Assembly (NCBI GenBank): GCA_000998275.1
Contig: LCDA01000004.1
Span: 4,360-68,359, forward strand
DNA from: Candidatus Collierbacteria bacterium GW2011_GWA2_42_17
GTDB lineage: Bacteria; Patescibacteriota; Microgenomatia; UBA1400; MFAQ01
DNA: 64,000 nt
Direction: 5' to 3'
Below are positions 56,394-64,000 of the stretch, one piece after another. Numbering within the stretch: position 1 is the first letter of the stretch; every line of letters starts with the position of its first letter. A program made the position numbers and the translations under genes. The notes below the pieces were generated by a model that saw only the letters and a list, made by a program, of their open reading frames with translations, had not been told where the DNA came from and made no database searches.

Positions 56394-56584
56394 TTTTTCA
56401 TTCTAAACTCCGCCTCAATTAAGACAAACACTCCCCAGATTGCCGCCGTCAAACCCACCAACATCCATTGAGTACTGGCAAGCCACAAATCGGTTCCCAG
56501 AGCTCCAATAAAAGCCAAAATCACGCTCACTATTGAAAAATATATTAGTGCTTTCCCAACAGCCAATTTATCTTTACTTCTCAT
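56390..56584 (-). CDS. Small two-TM hypothetical protein
   Basis: Two hydrophobic helices; ATGA overlaps with the genes on both sides. Confidence 0.6.
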   Translation of the reverse strand: MRSKDKLAVGKALIYFSIVSVILAFIGALGTDLWLASTQWMLVGLTAAIWGVFVLIEAEFRMKK

Positions 56585-56844
56585 ATTTTCACCTCCAATC
56601 TTGTTTCCGGCCACACCGTTTCTCCGGTTGCCGTATTAATAACTTTTATCGCCATGTTTGGACAAGCTTGAGCGGCAAGTATCTTTTCCTCGTCACTATT
56701 TCCATCTTGATCAATTAACTCTGCTTTGCCGTCGCTTCCCATTCTAAAAGTCAAACCGGCTAAATTTACACAGGACCGGGCACCGATACACTTATTCTTG
56801 TCAATCATCACCTTGAATTTGGTCATCACCGGTTCATCGTTCAT
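56581..56844 (-). CDS. Ferredoxin, probably [3Fe-4S] type
   Basis: IDKNKCIGARSC...AQACP..AI: the second Cys of CxxCxxC is replaced by Ala. Start uncertain (56850, 56844 or 56826). Confidence 0.85.
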   Translation of the reverse strand: MNDEPVMTKFKVMIDKNKCIGARSCVNLAGLTFRMGSDGKAELIDQDGNSDEEKILAAQACPNMAIKVINTATGETVWPETRLEVKI

Positions 56845-56857
56845 TATCATCAGTTTA

Positions 56858-57565
56858 TCACGCGAATCGTTCATAAAAAATCTGTTCCTCGGGCACACCC
56901 ATGTCAATTAACTTTTTCTTCATCTCCACTACCATCTCTGGGTTTCCACATAAAAAGGCACTCGTTTTCTTTCCTTCAATCTTTATTTTGTCCGTTACGT
57001 CACCCACATGCCCCTGCACTCCGGGCCATTTTTCTCCCGGATGAGACAGGGCAATGTCCAAATGAAAATTATCATACTCTCTTTGTAGTTTATCCAGTTC
57101 TGCCAACCAATAAAGATCTTTTTCGAATCTCATTCCCCAGACTAAATGTATCTGTCCTCGAAAACCCTTGTTTATCAACAAATCCTCAATCATTGGTTTC
57201 AAGGGGGCCGCTCCAGCTCCTGTTCCTACAAACAATAATTTTTTCTGTGTTAGCAACGTGTCATCACTTACTACAAACTTACCCAAAAATCCTAACACTT
57301 CCACCAAGTCGCCCACCTTAAGCCCTAAAACATATTTTGACCCCACCCCCATCGGTGCCACATCCACCACGAGTTCAATATTCTTCTTATTTGGCAAACT
57401 AGCTACTGAGTATGACCTTCGTAAACCTTCCTCGTTTACTTTCAAACTTACAAACTGTCCCGGAATAAAATCTGCTTTTTCTTCAAGTTCAATTCCCAGT
57501 ACCCAGGTATCACCTGCCAAATTAGTTTTATAAACTACCCTTCCTGGCATCTTCTTTGCGTTCAT
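56858..57565 (-). CDS. FAD/NAD(P)-binding oxidoreductase (ferredoxin-NADP reductase-like)
   Basis: PGQFV, RSYSVAS, GVGS, GTGAGAAP, LCGNPEM, FYERF. Confidence 0.9.
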   Translation of the reverse strand: MNAKKMPGRVVYKTNLAGDTWVLGIELEEKADFIPGQFVSLKVNEEGLRRSYSVASLPNKKNIELVVDVAPMGVGSKYVLGLKVGDLVEVLGFLGKFVVSDDTLLTQKKLLFVGTGAGAAPLKPMIEDLLINKGFRGQIHLVWGMRFEKDLYWLAELDKLQREYDNFHLDIALSHPGEKWPGVQGHVGDVTDKIKIEGKKTSAFLCGNPEMVVEMKKKLIDMGVPEEQIFYERFA

Positions 57566-57581
57566 ATTTCAATAATAATCC

Positions 57582-58271
57582 TTATTTAACTCCAATCCAA
57601 ACTCCCACTAAAATCAAGGCTACTCCCAAAATAAATCTCATCCATTTGGTATTTTTATGTTCCCATTCTTTCATGTTCACAATTTGTTTTCCTCCTGCCA
57701 TCACCAGCAAAATAACAATTAGTGGCAAGATAAAAATCAAATTGTAATAAAGGAAAAATCCCAACACTTTTGCCATACCCAACCCTGACCTAGCAATTAC
57801 CGCCGTTGTTCCAATATAAAGAGGAAGCATACAGGGAGTTGAAAACACCGTTGTTAAAAAACCAATCAAGGCAGTCACTCCAAAACTGGCCTTAGACATC
57901 AATTTAGTTACTTTTTCAAAACCCTTCATACTCATCCGTAAGTGAATTGGCATATCGGGGAAAAATACATCTTTAAGCTGAATCAGTCCGGTAATCGCCA
58001 AAGCTCCTCCCACAATATATTTGAATACGCTTGCTAACCACCAACGTTGGATATAAAACGCCACACCATAAAACAACAACCCGGTCAGAAGATAAGTCAC
58101 AAAAACAGCCAAAATGTATACCACCCCTGTCTTTATTATCCAGTTTTTGTCCTTTCCTCTTCCTCCAAATACGATGAGATAACCCAAAAAGGTAATCATC
58201 ATTCCGATTCCACAGGGATTTAATCCGTTGGTTAAAGCGGCTGCTGTAAGTAATGGAATATTAATTCCCAT
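57582..58271 (-). CDS. CcdA/DsbD-beta-like transmembrane disulfide reductase
   Basis: Six TM segments with two Pro-Cys motifs (LNPCG and STPCM). Confidence 0.8.
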   Translation of the reverse strand: MGINIPLLTAAALTNGLNPCGIGMMITFLGYLIVFGGRGKDKNWIIKTGVVYILAVFVTYLLTGLLFYGVAFYIQRWWLASVFKYIVGGALAITGLIQLKDVFFPDMPIHLRMSMKGFEKVTKLMSKASFGVTALIGFLTTVFSTPCMLPLYIGTTAVIARSGLGMAKVLGFFLYYNLIFILPLIVILLVMAGGKQIVNMKEWEHKNTKWMRFILGVALILVGVWIGVK

Positions 58272-58908
58272 TGTTCTTTTTAAGTAATTCCGTAACCTTA
58301 TCCATCACAAAATCCACCGCCATCTGTTCCCCATTTACGTAGATAGTCGGTGTTCCCGAAAGCCTTAAACTGTTACCCAAGTTGACATCCTGTTGCACTA
58401 CCTCAGCTACTTCAACCGAGTTAAGTTTTTCTTTAAATATTTTTTCGTCCAGACCCAAGCTCTTGGCATACTCCACCAACATATCTTCAATCTTTGACTC
58501 ACCCGTCCATTCTTCCTGTGTGTCAAAAAGTAAATCTATCATCTCAAAACCCTTACCCATTACTCGAGCTGCTTCTACCGCTCTGGCCGTAATTATTGAA
58601 TTTTTGTGAATTCCTAGTGGAAAATGCCTAAATACTATTTTCACCCCTGGTATATTATCACTGTATAAACCCCCGATTAAACTATGTGCTCTTTTACATG
58701 CCGGACACTCCATGTCGGAAAAATTGACCACCGTCACTACTGTTTCTCCATTCTCTTTAACTAGTTTTGCTCCATCCAACAATATACTCTGATCTGTCGT
58801 GAGGTTCGTTCCCGTACCACTCATTTTCGACAGTCCAAAGATTACCACCATCATCAAAGCGGCACTCCCTAATATTATTTTTAGTATTAATTTCCAATCG
58901 TTAGTCAT
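58261..58908 (-). CDS. Membrane-anchored DsbA-family thiol-disulfide oxidoreductase
   Basis: N-terminal TM segment, FSDMECPAC, FRHFPL, GTPT. Confidence 0.9.
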   Translation of the reverse strand: MTNDWKLILKIILGSAALMMVVIFGLSKMSGTGTNLTTDQSILLDGAKLVKENGETVVTVVNFSDMECPACKRAHSLIGGLYSDNIPGVKIVFRHFPLGIHKNSIITARAVEAARVMGKGFEMIDLLFDTQEEWTGESKIEDMLVEYAKSLGLDEKIFKEKLNSVEVAEVVQQDVNLGNSLRLSGTPTIYVNGEQMAVDFVMDKVTELLKKNNGN

Positions 58909-59265
58909 TTATTCAAATACTTTTAATAATCCCCGAAATGCCAGTGTAGCACACTTCATTCTACCGGGCATTATCTCTCCACCCAGCATCGAAACCACAC
59001 CCTCTTCTCCAAACTTTTCCAGATCTGTTTTACTCATGTCCACTACTTTCTCGGAAAGCATCGAGGCTCCTGCTGTTGAGATCGCGCACCCTATCCCTTG
59101 CCATTTCATATCTACAATCTTTCCCTTCGCGAGTTTCACATATATTTTAATCAAGTCTCCACAAGAAGCGTTTGCTTCATCCACTATTTTATCGGCTCCC
59201 GCTAACTCTCCCATATTTCTCGGGTTCTTATAGTGATCAATAATTATTTCTCGATACTCTGACAT
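58909..59265 (-). CDS. sufU: SufU/IscU-type scaffold or sulfur-transfer protein
   Basis: YREIIIDHYKNPRN, NASCGD, GCAIS, RMKCA. Confidence 0.92.
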   Translation of the reverse strand: MSEYREIIIDHYKNPRNMGELAGADKIVDEANASCGDLIKIYVKLAKGKIVDMKWQGIGCAISTAGASMLSEKVVDMSKTDLEKFGEEGVVSMLGGEIMPGRMKCATLAFRGLLKVFE

Positions 59266-60546
59266 TTATGCAAATACTTTTGGCACTTCTCTAATTTTGT
59301 CAATCATGTAATCAATTTCTTCTTTGGTGTTATAAAGATAGAAGGTTGCTCTTACCATCGCCGTCACTCCAAAGCTAGTCACTAGAGGAGCGGCACAATG
59401 TTGTCCCGAACGCACCGCAATACCAAAACTATCTAATATCTGAGCCGTGTCATGAGCATGCACTCCCACAACATTAAAGGGAATCGCTCCTCCGCGAGTT
59501 TCTGCCTCTGGTCCATAAAGTATCACCAACCCCTCTTTCTCCAGACCCCTCATCTTTTCCAAAGCATATTTCAAGATTTCTTTTTCATGACTATGAATAT
59601 TTTCCATTCCAACGGATTTCAAATACTTCACTGCCGCACCCAGTCCTACAATTCCGGCAATATCCGGCGTCCCGGCTTCAAACTTAGCCGGTAATTCAGC
59701 CCAGGTAGCCCCTGTTAGTTTTACTTCCCCAATCATGTCTCCACCAAAAAGAAACGGTTTCATTCCACTTAAAATCTCCTTCTTCCCCCAAAGCACCCCT
59801 ACCCCTGTCGGGCCAAGCATCTTGTGTCCGGAAAAAACCAAGAAATCTATTCCCAACTTCGAAACATCTACTTTCATGTGTGGCACCATTTGTGCTCCAT
59901 CAACTAAAATCAACACTGCTGGCAACTTTCTCTTCACCATTTTCACAATTTCCTCAACTGGTGTTTCCGTTCCCAAAACATTCGACTGTCCGGTAAACGC
60001 CACCAGTTTAACTTTTTTGTCCAACAGATTACTCCATCCGCCGATAACTACTTTAAGTCCATTTTCCTCCACCGTTTCTATTTTCTTAGTTTTTTCCAAC
60101 TGCCCCTTTTCGTTTACGTCCACTACCCGAAGCTGCGCACCTTTTTTTCTGCACAGTTCCTGCCAAGGAATCATATTTGAGTGATGCTCCAGCTTGGTGA
60201 TGACCACCGCATCACCTTCATGGACATTTTCTTCTCCCCAACTGTAGGCCACCAAATTAATACTTTCTGTCGCATTTCTGGTAAAAATTATTTCTTCTGA
60301 TCTTGCCCCAATAAACTCCGCCACGTTGGTCCTCGTCTCATCAACCAATCGCGTCGACTCGACAGACATTTCATACACTCCCCTGTGAATATTGGCATTT
60401 GTCTCACGATAATATTTATTTATGGCTTCAATTACCGCTTCTGGTTTCTGGCTGGTTGCCCCCGAATCAAAATAGACCAAATTATGGCCATGGACTTTTC
60501 GCTTTAAGATAGGAAAGTCTTCTCTGATTTTGTTTACGTCAAACAT
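59266..60546 (-). CDS. sufS: Cysteine desulfurase, SufS type
   Basis: YFDSGATSQKP, EHHSN, SGHKM, EAGTP, RSGQHCA. Confidence 0.95.
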   Translation of the reverse strand: MFDVNKIREDFPILKRKVHGHNLVYFDSGATSQKPEAVIEAINKYYRETNANIHRGVYEMSVESTRLVDETRTNVAEFIGARSEEIIFTRNATESINLVAYSWGEENVHEGDAVVITKLEHHSNMIPWQELCRKKGAQLRVVDVNEKGQLEKTKKIETVEENGLKVVIGGWSNLLDKKVKLVAFTGQSNVLGTETPVEEIVKMVKRKLPAVLILVDGAQMVPHMKVDVSKLGIDFLVFSGHKMLGPTGVGVLWGKKEILSGMKPFLFGGDMIGEVKLTGATWAELPAKFEAGTPDIAGIVGLGAAVKYLKSVGMENIHSHEKEILKYALEKMRGLEKEGLVILYGPEAETRGGAIPFNVVGVHAHDTAQILDSFGIAVRSGQHCAAPLVTSFGVTAMVRATFYLYNTKEEIDYMIDKIREVPKVFA

Positions 60547-60554
60547 ACTTTATT

Positions 60555-61019
60555 TTAATCGAAATTAATAAAACCATTAACAATAATATTTTTAGCCTTT
60601 GTCTCTTCAATTCCTCTGGATCTTAAGTAAAACAGCTGCTCGTCATCAATCTTACCCACACTTGCCGAGTGACTGGCTTTTACCCTGTTGGCCTCAATCT
60701 CCAGTTCCGGCTCTGCGGTCGCACCGGACTTTTTATCCAAAAGCAATATTTTCATTGCCAAAAAACTGTCTGTATTTTGTGCCTGTTTCTCTATTTTTAC
60801 CAGTCCCTTAACTGCTATCCTTGCCCCATTTTCCGCCACCCCCTTTATTACTACTCTTCCAAAAGTATTCGGAGCTATATGGGAAATCACCAGATTTAAT
60901 TCATACTCCCCGGACTCCCTGGCATCGATTATCCCCAACCACTCCAAATTTTCCCCCTCTTTATTTAAAGAAAGTTTTATTTCGTGTTTTCCTGGTTTGG
61001 TAATCCTTAAGTTTTCCAT
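60555..61019 (-). CDS. sufD: Minimal SufD (C-terminal region only)
   Basis: PELEIEANRVKASHSASVG..QLFYLRSRGI; only 154 aa; lies between sufB and sufS. Confidence 0.82.
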   Translation of the reverse strand: MENLRITKPGKHEIKLSLNKEGENLEWLGIIDARESGEYELNLVISHIAPNTFGRVVIKGVAENGARIAVKGLVKIEKQAQNTDSFLAMKILLLDKKSGATAEPELEIEANRVKASHSASVGKIDDEQLFYLRSRGIEETKAKNIIVNGFINFD

Positions 61020-61024
61020 TTATT

Positions 61025-62452
61025 TTAACCAACACTCCCTTCCATTTCTAAACCTACTAATCTATTCATTTCCACGGCATACTCCATCGGCACCTCCTTC
61101 ATCACCGGTTCCAAAAAGCCGTTCACTACCATTGCTTCCGCTTCATGTTCCGGTAAACCTCTGCTCATTAAATACAACAGTTGTTCTTCACTTACTCGAC
61201 TGACAACAGCCTCGTGCTCCAAAATCACATCTTCTTCAAATATTTTGTTTGTCGGATACGTATCGCTTCTGCTTTTTTCATCAAGAATCAAGGCATCGCA
61301 TACCACCTTAGACCGTGATCCATAAGCCCCTTTATTTATCCGCACCATTCCTCGATAGGTTGCTCTTCCTCCATTCTTACTGATTGATTTACTGATTATT
61401 TGTGAGGTCGTGTTCGGAGCCAGATGAATCATCTTTGCTCCAGTATCTTGATGCTGGCCTTTTCCAGCCCAAGCAATCGAGAGCATCTCGGCTTTAGCCC
61501 CTTCTCCAGCCAAAACACAGGATGGATACTTCATCGTCAAAGCCGAACCAAGATTTCCGTCTACCCATCTCATCTCTCCTTTTTCTTCCACCCAGGCTCT
61601 TTTGGTCACCAGGTTATAAATATTTTTGTACCAGTTTTGTACCGTGGTGTACTGCACTCTTGCCTTTTTCTTCACAACTACTTCCACCACGGCAGCGTGT
61701 AGTGATGCCGATGAAAACGAAGGCGCCGAACAACCCTCAATATAGTGCACATTTGCACCCTCTTCGGCAATAATTAAAGTTCTTTCAAACTGTCCCGCAC
61801 TCTCACTGTTAATTCTAAAATACGCCTGCAGGGGCAGACCTACATCTACACCTTCGGGAACATAAACAAATGATCCTCCACTCCAAACCGCCGTATTTAA
61901 AGCTGCCAGCTTGTTGTCTCCCATTGGTACGACTGTGCCAAAGTATTTTTTCACAATTTCCGGATAAAGTTTCAATGCTTCATCCATTGACAAAAAAAGT
62001 ACTCCCTTTGCGGAAAGGGTTTTTTTCAAAGATCCATAAACCACTTCCGAATCATACTGTCCCTTTACTCCGGCCAACATCTCTCGTTCAGCTTGAGGTA
62101 CTCCGATTTTTTCAAAAGTTTCCTTTACCGAAGCTGGTACATCTTTCCAAGATTTTTTTTCGGTTACCGCTGGTTTCAAATAATAATAAATATCTTCAAA
62201 ATGAATTGGTGACATATCTCCACCCCAAGTAGGAATCGGTTTAGATAAATACACCTTGTAAGCCGCCAGTCTATTCTGAAGCATCCATTCCGGCTCTTCC
62301 TTCATTGCTGAAATCTCCCGGATTAATTTTTCGTCCAGTCCTCTCTCCCCTTTATATGAATAGGCAATATCGTCTGCCTTTCCCAATTTATATGACTCAT
62401 CAAACTCCTCAACTATTACTTCTGGTTTAAACTCCTTCTTGGCGTAACGCAT
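61025..62452 (-). CDS. sufB: Fe-S cluster assembly protein SufB
   Basis: [44 protein letters not shown]. Confidence 0.96.
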   Translation of the reverse strand: MRYAKKEFKPEVIVEEFDESYKLGKADDIAYSYKGERGLDEKLIREISAMKEEPEWMLQNRLAAYKVYLSKPIPTWGGDMSPIHFEDIYYYLKPAVTEKKSWKDVPASVKETFEKIGVPQAEREMLAGVKGQYDSEVVYGSLKKTLSAKGVLFLSMDEALKLYPEIVKKYFGTVVPMGDNKLAALNTAVWSGGSFVYVPEGVDVGLPLQAYFRINSESAGQFERTLIIAEEGANVHYIEGCSAPSFSSASLHAAVVEVVVKKKARVQYTTVQNWYKNIYNLVTKRAWVEEKGEMRWVDGNLGSALTMKYPSCVLAGEGAKAEMLSIAWAGKGQHQDTGAKMIHLAPNTTSQIISKSISKNGGRATYRGMVRINKGAYGSRSKVVCDALILDEKSRSDTYPTNKIFEEDVILEHEAVVSRVSEEQLLYLMSRGLPEHEAEAMVVNGFLEPVMKEVPMEYAVEMNRLVGLEMEGSVG

Positions 62453-62456
62453 TTTA

Positions 62457-63179
62457 TTATCGATACCCTGATTTTTCTAATCGATCGACTATCTCTTTTC
62501 CTCCCTGTTCCACAATAACTCCATCTTTCATTACCGCCACGACATCGGGAGTTAAATAATTCAAAATTCTCTGGTAGTGAGTAATCACCAAAACGCTCAT
62601 TTTTTGTTCCTTAACCATCTCTGCTACATTCTGGGCAATTGTCGCCAAAGCATCGATATCCAAACCACTGTCAATTTCATCCATTATTAATAATTTAGGC
62701 TTTAACACCCTCATCTGAAGAATCTCCATTTTCTTTTTCTCTCCGCCACTAAATCCTTCGTTTAAACCACGACTCAATAGTTCGGTGCTCAAGTGTAGCT
62801 TTTCTGCCTCTATTTCTACTGTTTTTTTAAGATCCAGTGCCGACACTATTACCTCTTTATTTCTTGTACGCAACGCAGAAAGAAGCATCTCTCGCACTGT
62901 CACCCCAGGAATGGCCGCAGGATACTGAAAGGCCAAATAAATTCCCTTATTAGCCCGTTCATCGGGAGTAAGATTAGAAAGATCCTTACCTTCAAAGGCA
63001 ATTTTCCCCTCTATTACTTCATATTTTGGGTTTCCGATGATTGCTGAAGCCAAGCTCGACTTTCCCGATCCATTGGGACCCATTAGAGCCACCACTTCTC
63101 CTTGTTTTATAGATAAATCAACCCCCTTGAGAATTTCTTTTTCTTCGACTCTTACTTTAAGATTTTTTACTTTCAACAT
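62457..63179 (-). CDS. sufC: Fe-S assembly ATPase SufC
   Basis: [38 protein letters not shown]. Confidence 0.96.
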   Translation of the reverse strand: MLKVKNLKVRVEEKEILKGVDLSIKQGEVVALMGPNGSGKSSLASAIIGNPKYEVIEGKIAFEGKDLSNLTPDERANKGIYLAFQYPAAIPGVTVREMLLSALRTRNKEVIVSALDLKKTVEIEAEKLHLSTELLSRGLNEGFSGGEKKKMEILQMRVLKPKLLIMDEIDSGLDIDALATIAQNVAEMVKEQKMSVLVITHYQRILNYLTPDVVAVMKDGVIVEQGGKEIVDRLEKSGYR

Positions 63180-63180
63180 T

Positions 63181-63567
63181 TTATTTAGCTAAATCTTCTA
63201 AAGTATATTTTTCCAGTAATCTATTGATATCCTCAGTCAGCTTGTCCATAAAACTTACCTGGCCGCAACTATCCTCTACCGGACAACCACCGCACGTCAC
63301 CGGCTCAACTTCTCCTTCAATTGCTTCCAGGGCTTCGCGTACTTGGATTTCTTTTGGTTCATAGTTTAGTCCATATCCACCACCCTTACCTTCTCTGCTA
63401 TTAAGAATCCCATTCTCAACCAAAGAAGCGGCAATCTTACTCATAAACGCTCTGGGCATACCCATCTCGGCCAACTCCTTTAAATTGACGCGTCCTTTTC
63501 GGCCTCGTGAAGCCAAAACAGAAAGCATTGATAGGCCATAATCGGCCTTTTTAGTAAGAGTAAACAT
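63181..63567 (-). CDS. Rrf2-family (IscR-like) transcriptional regulator
   Basis: LTKKADYGL, SREGKGGGY, three Cys in CGGCPVEDSC; first gene of the suf run. Confidence 0.9.
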   Translation of the reverse strand: MFTLTKKADYGLSMLSVLASRGRKGRVNLKELAEMGMPRAFMSKIAASLVENGILNSREGKGGGYGLNYEPKEIQVREALEAIEGEVEPVTCGGCPVEDSCGQVSFMDKLTEDINRLLEKYTLEDLAK

Positions 63568-63594
63568 ATACTTGGACTATTATACTCCAAGTAT
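63568..63594. promoter_or_regulatory. Rrf2/IscR-type operator overlapping the -10 box
   Basis: Perfect ATACTTGGA-N9-TCCAAGTAT abutting the Rrf2 start codon; contains the minus-strand TATAAT. Confidence 0.8.
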
Positions 63595-63610
63595 CAAAAC
63601 ATTCAACCTT

Positions 63611-63916
63611 TTATTCCTTTATCCAGGCAGTATAAACAACTTCCCCCAATTCTTCATCCGGGTCACCCTTTGTCAGTGCCAACAACTCATCTTGAAAAAC
63701 TTCTTCCCTGTTTTCCAGCTCTTTTTTATCAAAGGCTAACATCTCTAAGTTGTTGATATCATCAGACACTTCCTTTCTTTTTAGGTAATTCAAAATTGCT
63801 TCCATCAATTCAATTTTTGTATCTTTTTCCGCACCTTCACTCCCCATTAATCCGAATAACTCTCTAATATTTGCTATTTCTTTGGCACCCTTATTCTCAA
63901 ATTCTCCATTTTCCAT
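63611..63916 (-). CDS. Hypothetical acidic protein
   Basis: 101-aa ORF with TATAAT 6 nt upstream of its ATG. Confidence 0.6.
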   Translation of the reverse strand: MENGEFENKGAKEIANIRELFGLMGSEGAEKDTKIELMEAILNYLKRKEVSDDINNLEMLAFDKKELENREEVFQDELLALTKGDPDEELGEVVYTAWIKE

Positions 63917-63943
63917 ATGGTTATTATACCTCTAATCATTGTA

Positions 63944-64000
63944 TTATTTCTTTGACACCGCGCCCTCGATCTGCTCCCAGTCACGTACTTTACGGATTTT
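63944..64000 (-). CDS. 3' end of an upstream CDS (partial)
   Basis: Open frame KIRKVRDWEQIEGAVSKK* running off the window edge. Confidence 0.4.
   Translation of the reverse strand, partial: KIRKVRDWEQIEGAVSKK

Noticed and set aside
1-64000. CRISPR array, rRNA, IS transposase, prophage or reverse transcriptase
   Set aside because: No regularly spaced repeats or recognisable genes of these types were seen.

Overview
Gene-dense bacterial chromosome segment with most genes on the minus strand. Gene content (alpha2-type GlyRS, archaeal-type AspRS, ATP-dependent DNA ligase, class II RNR, stand-alone 5'-3' exonuclease, VirD4-like ATPase, very short intergenic gaps) suggests a Patescibacteria/CPR genome, probably Microgenomates (inference). 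From left to right it holds: a cluster of seven aminoacyl-tRNA synthetases with two VapBC-type TA modules flanking a DUF1704-like peptidase; a CsoR-family/trxA/trxB unit; membrane and DNA-repair genes; ftsH and trpS; a tRNA locus; xer and a coupling-protein-like ATPase; nrdR-nrdJ-btuR; PBP-GH18-PBP; sugar-phosphate genes; and an Rrf2-SUF-redox gene run. The strongest non-ORF signals are: (1) a highly non-canonical initiator-type tRNA(CAU) split by a 185-nt group I intron, next to a free-standing LAGLIDADG-like ORF and a second tRNA(CAU); (2) a thrS T-box riboswitch with an ultrashort Stem I (ACC specifier) and an odd terminator that encloses the antiterminator; (3) a leaderless-promoter pattern (-10 box 5-8 nt before the start codon) at about 17 genes; (4) readable operators for HrcA (CIRCE), NrdR, a CsoR-family and an Rrf2-family regulator, and two antitoxins. 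All calls come from motif recognition by eye; no database searches or folding programs were run.
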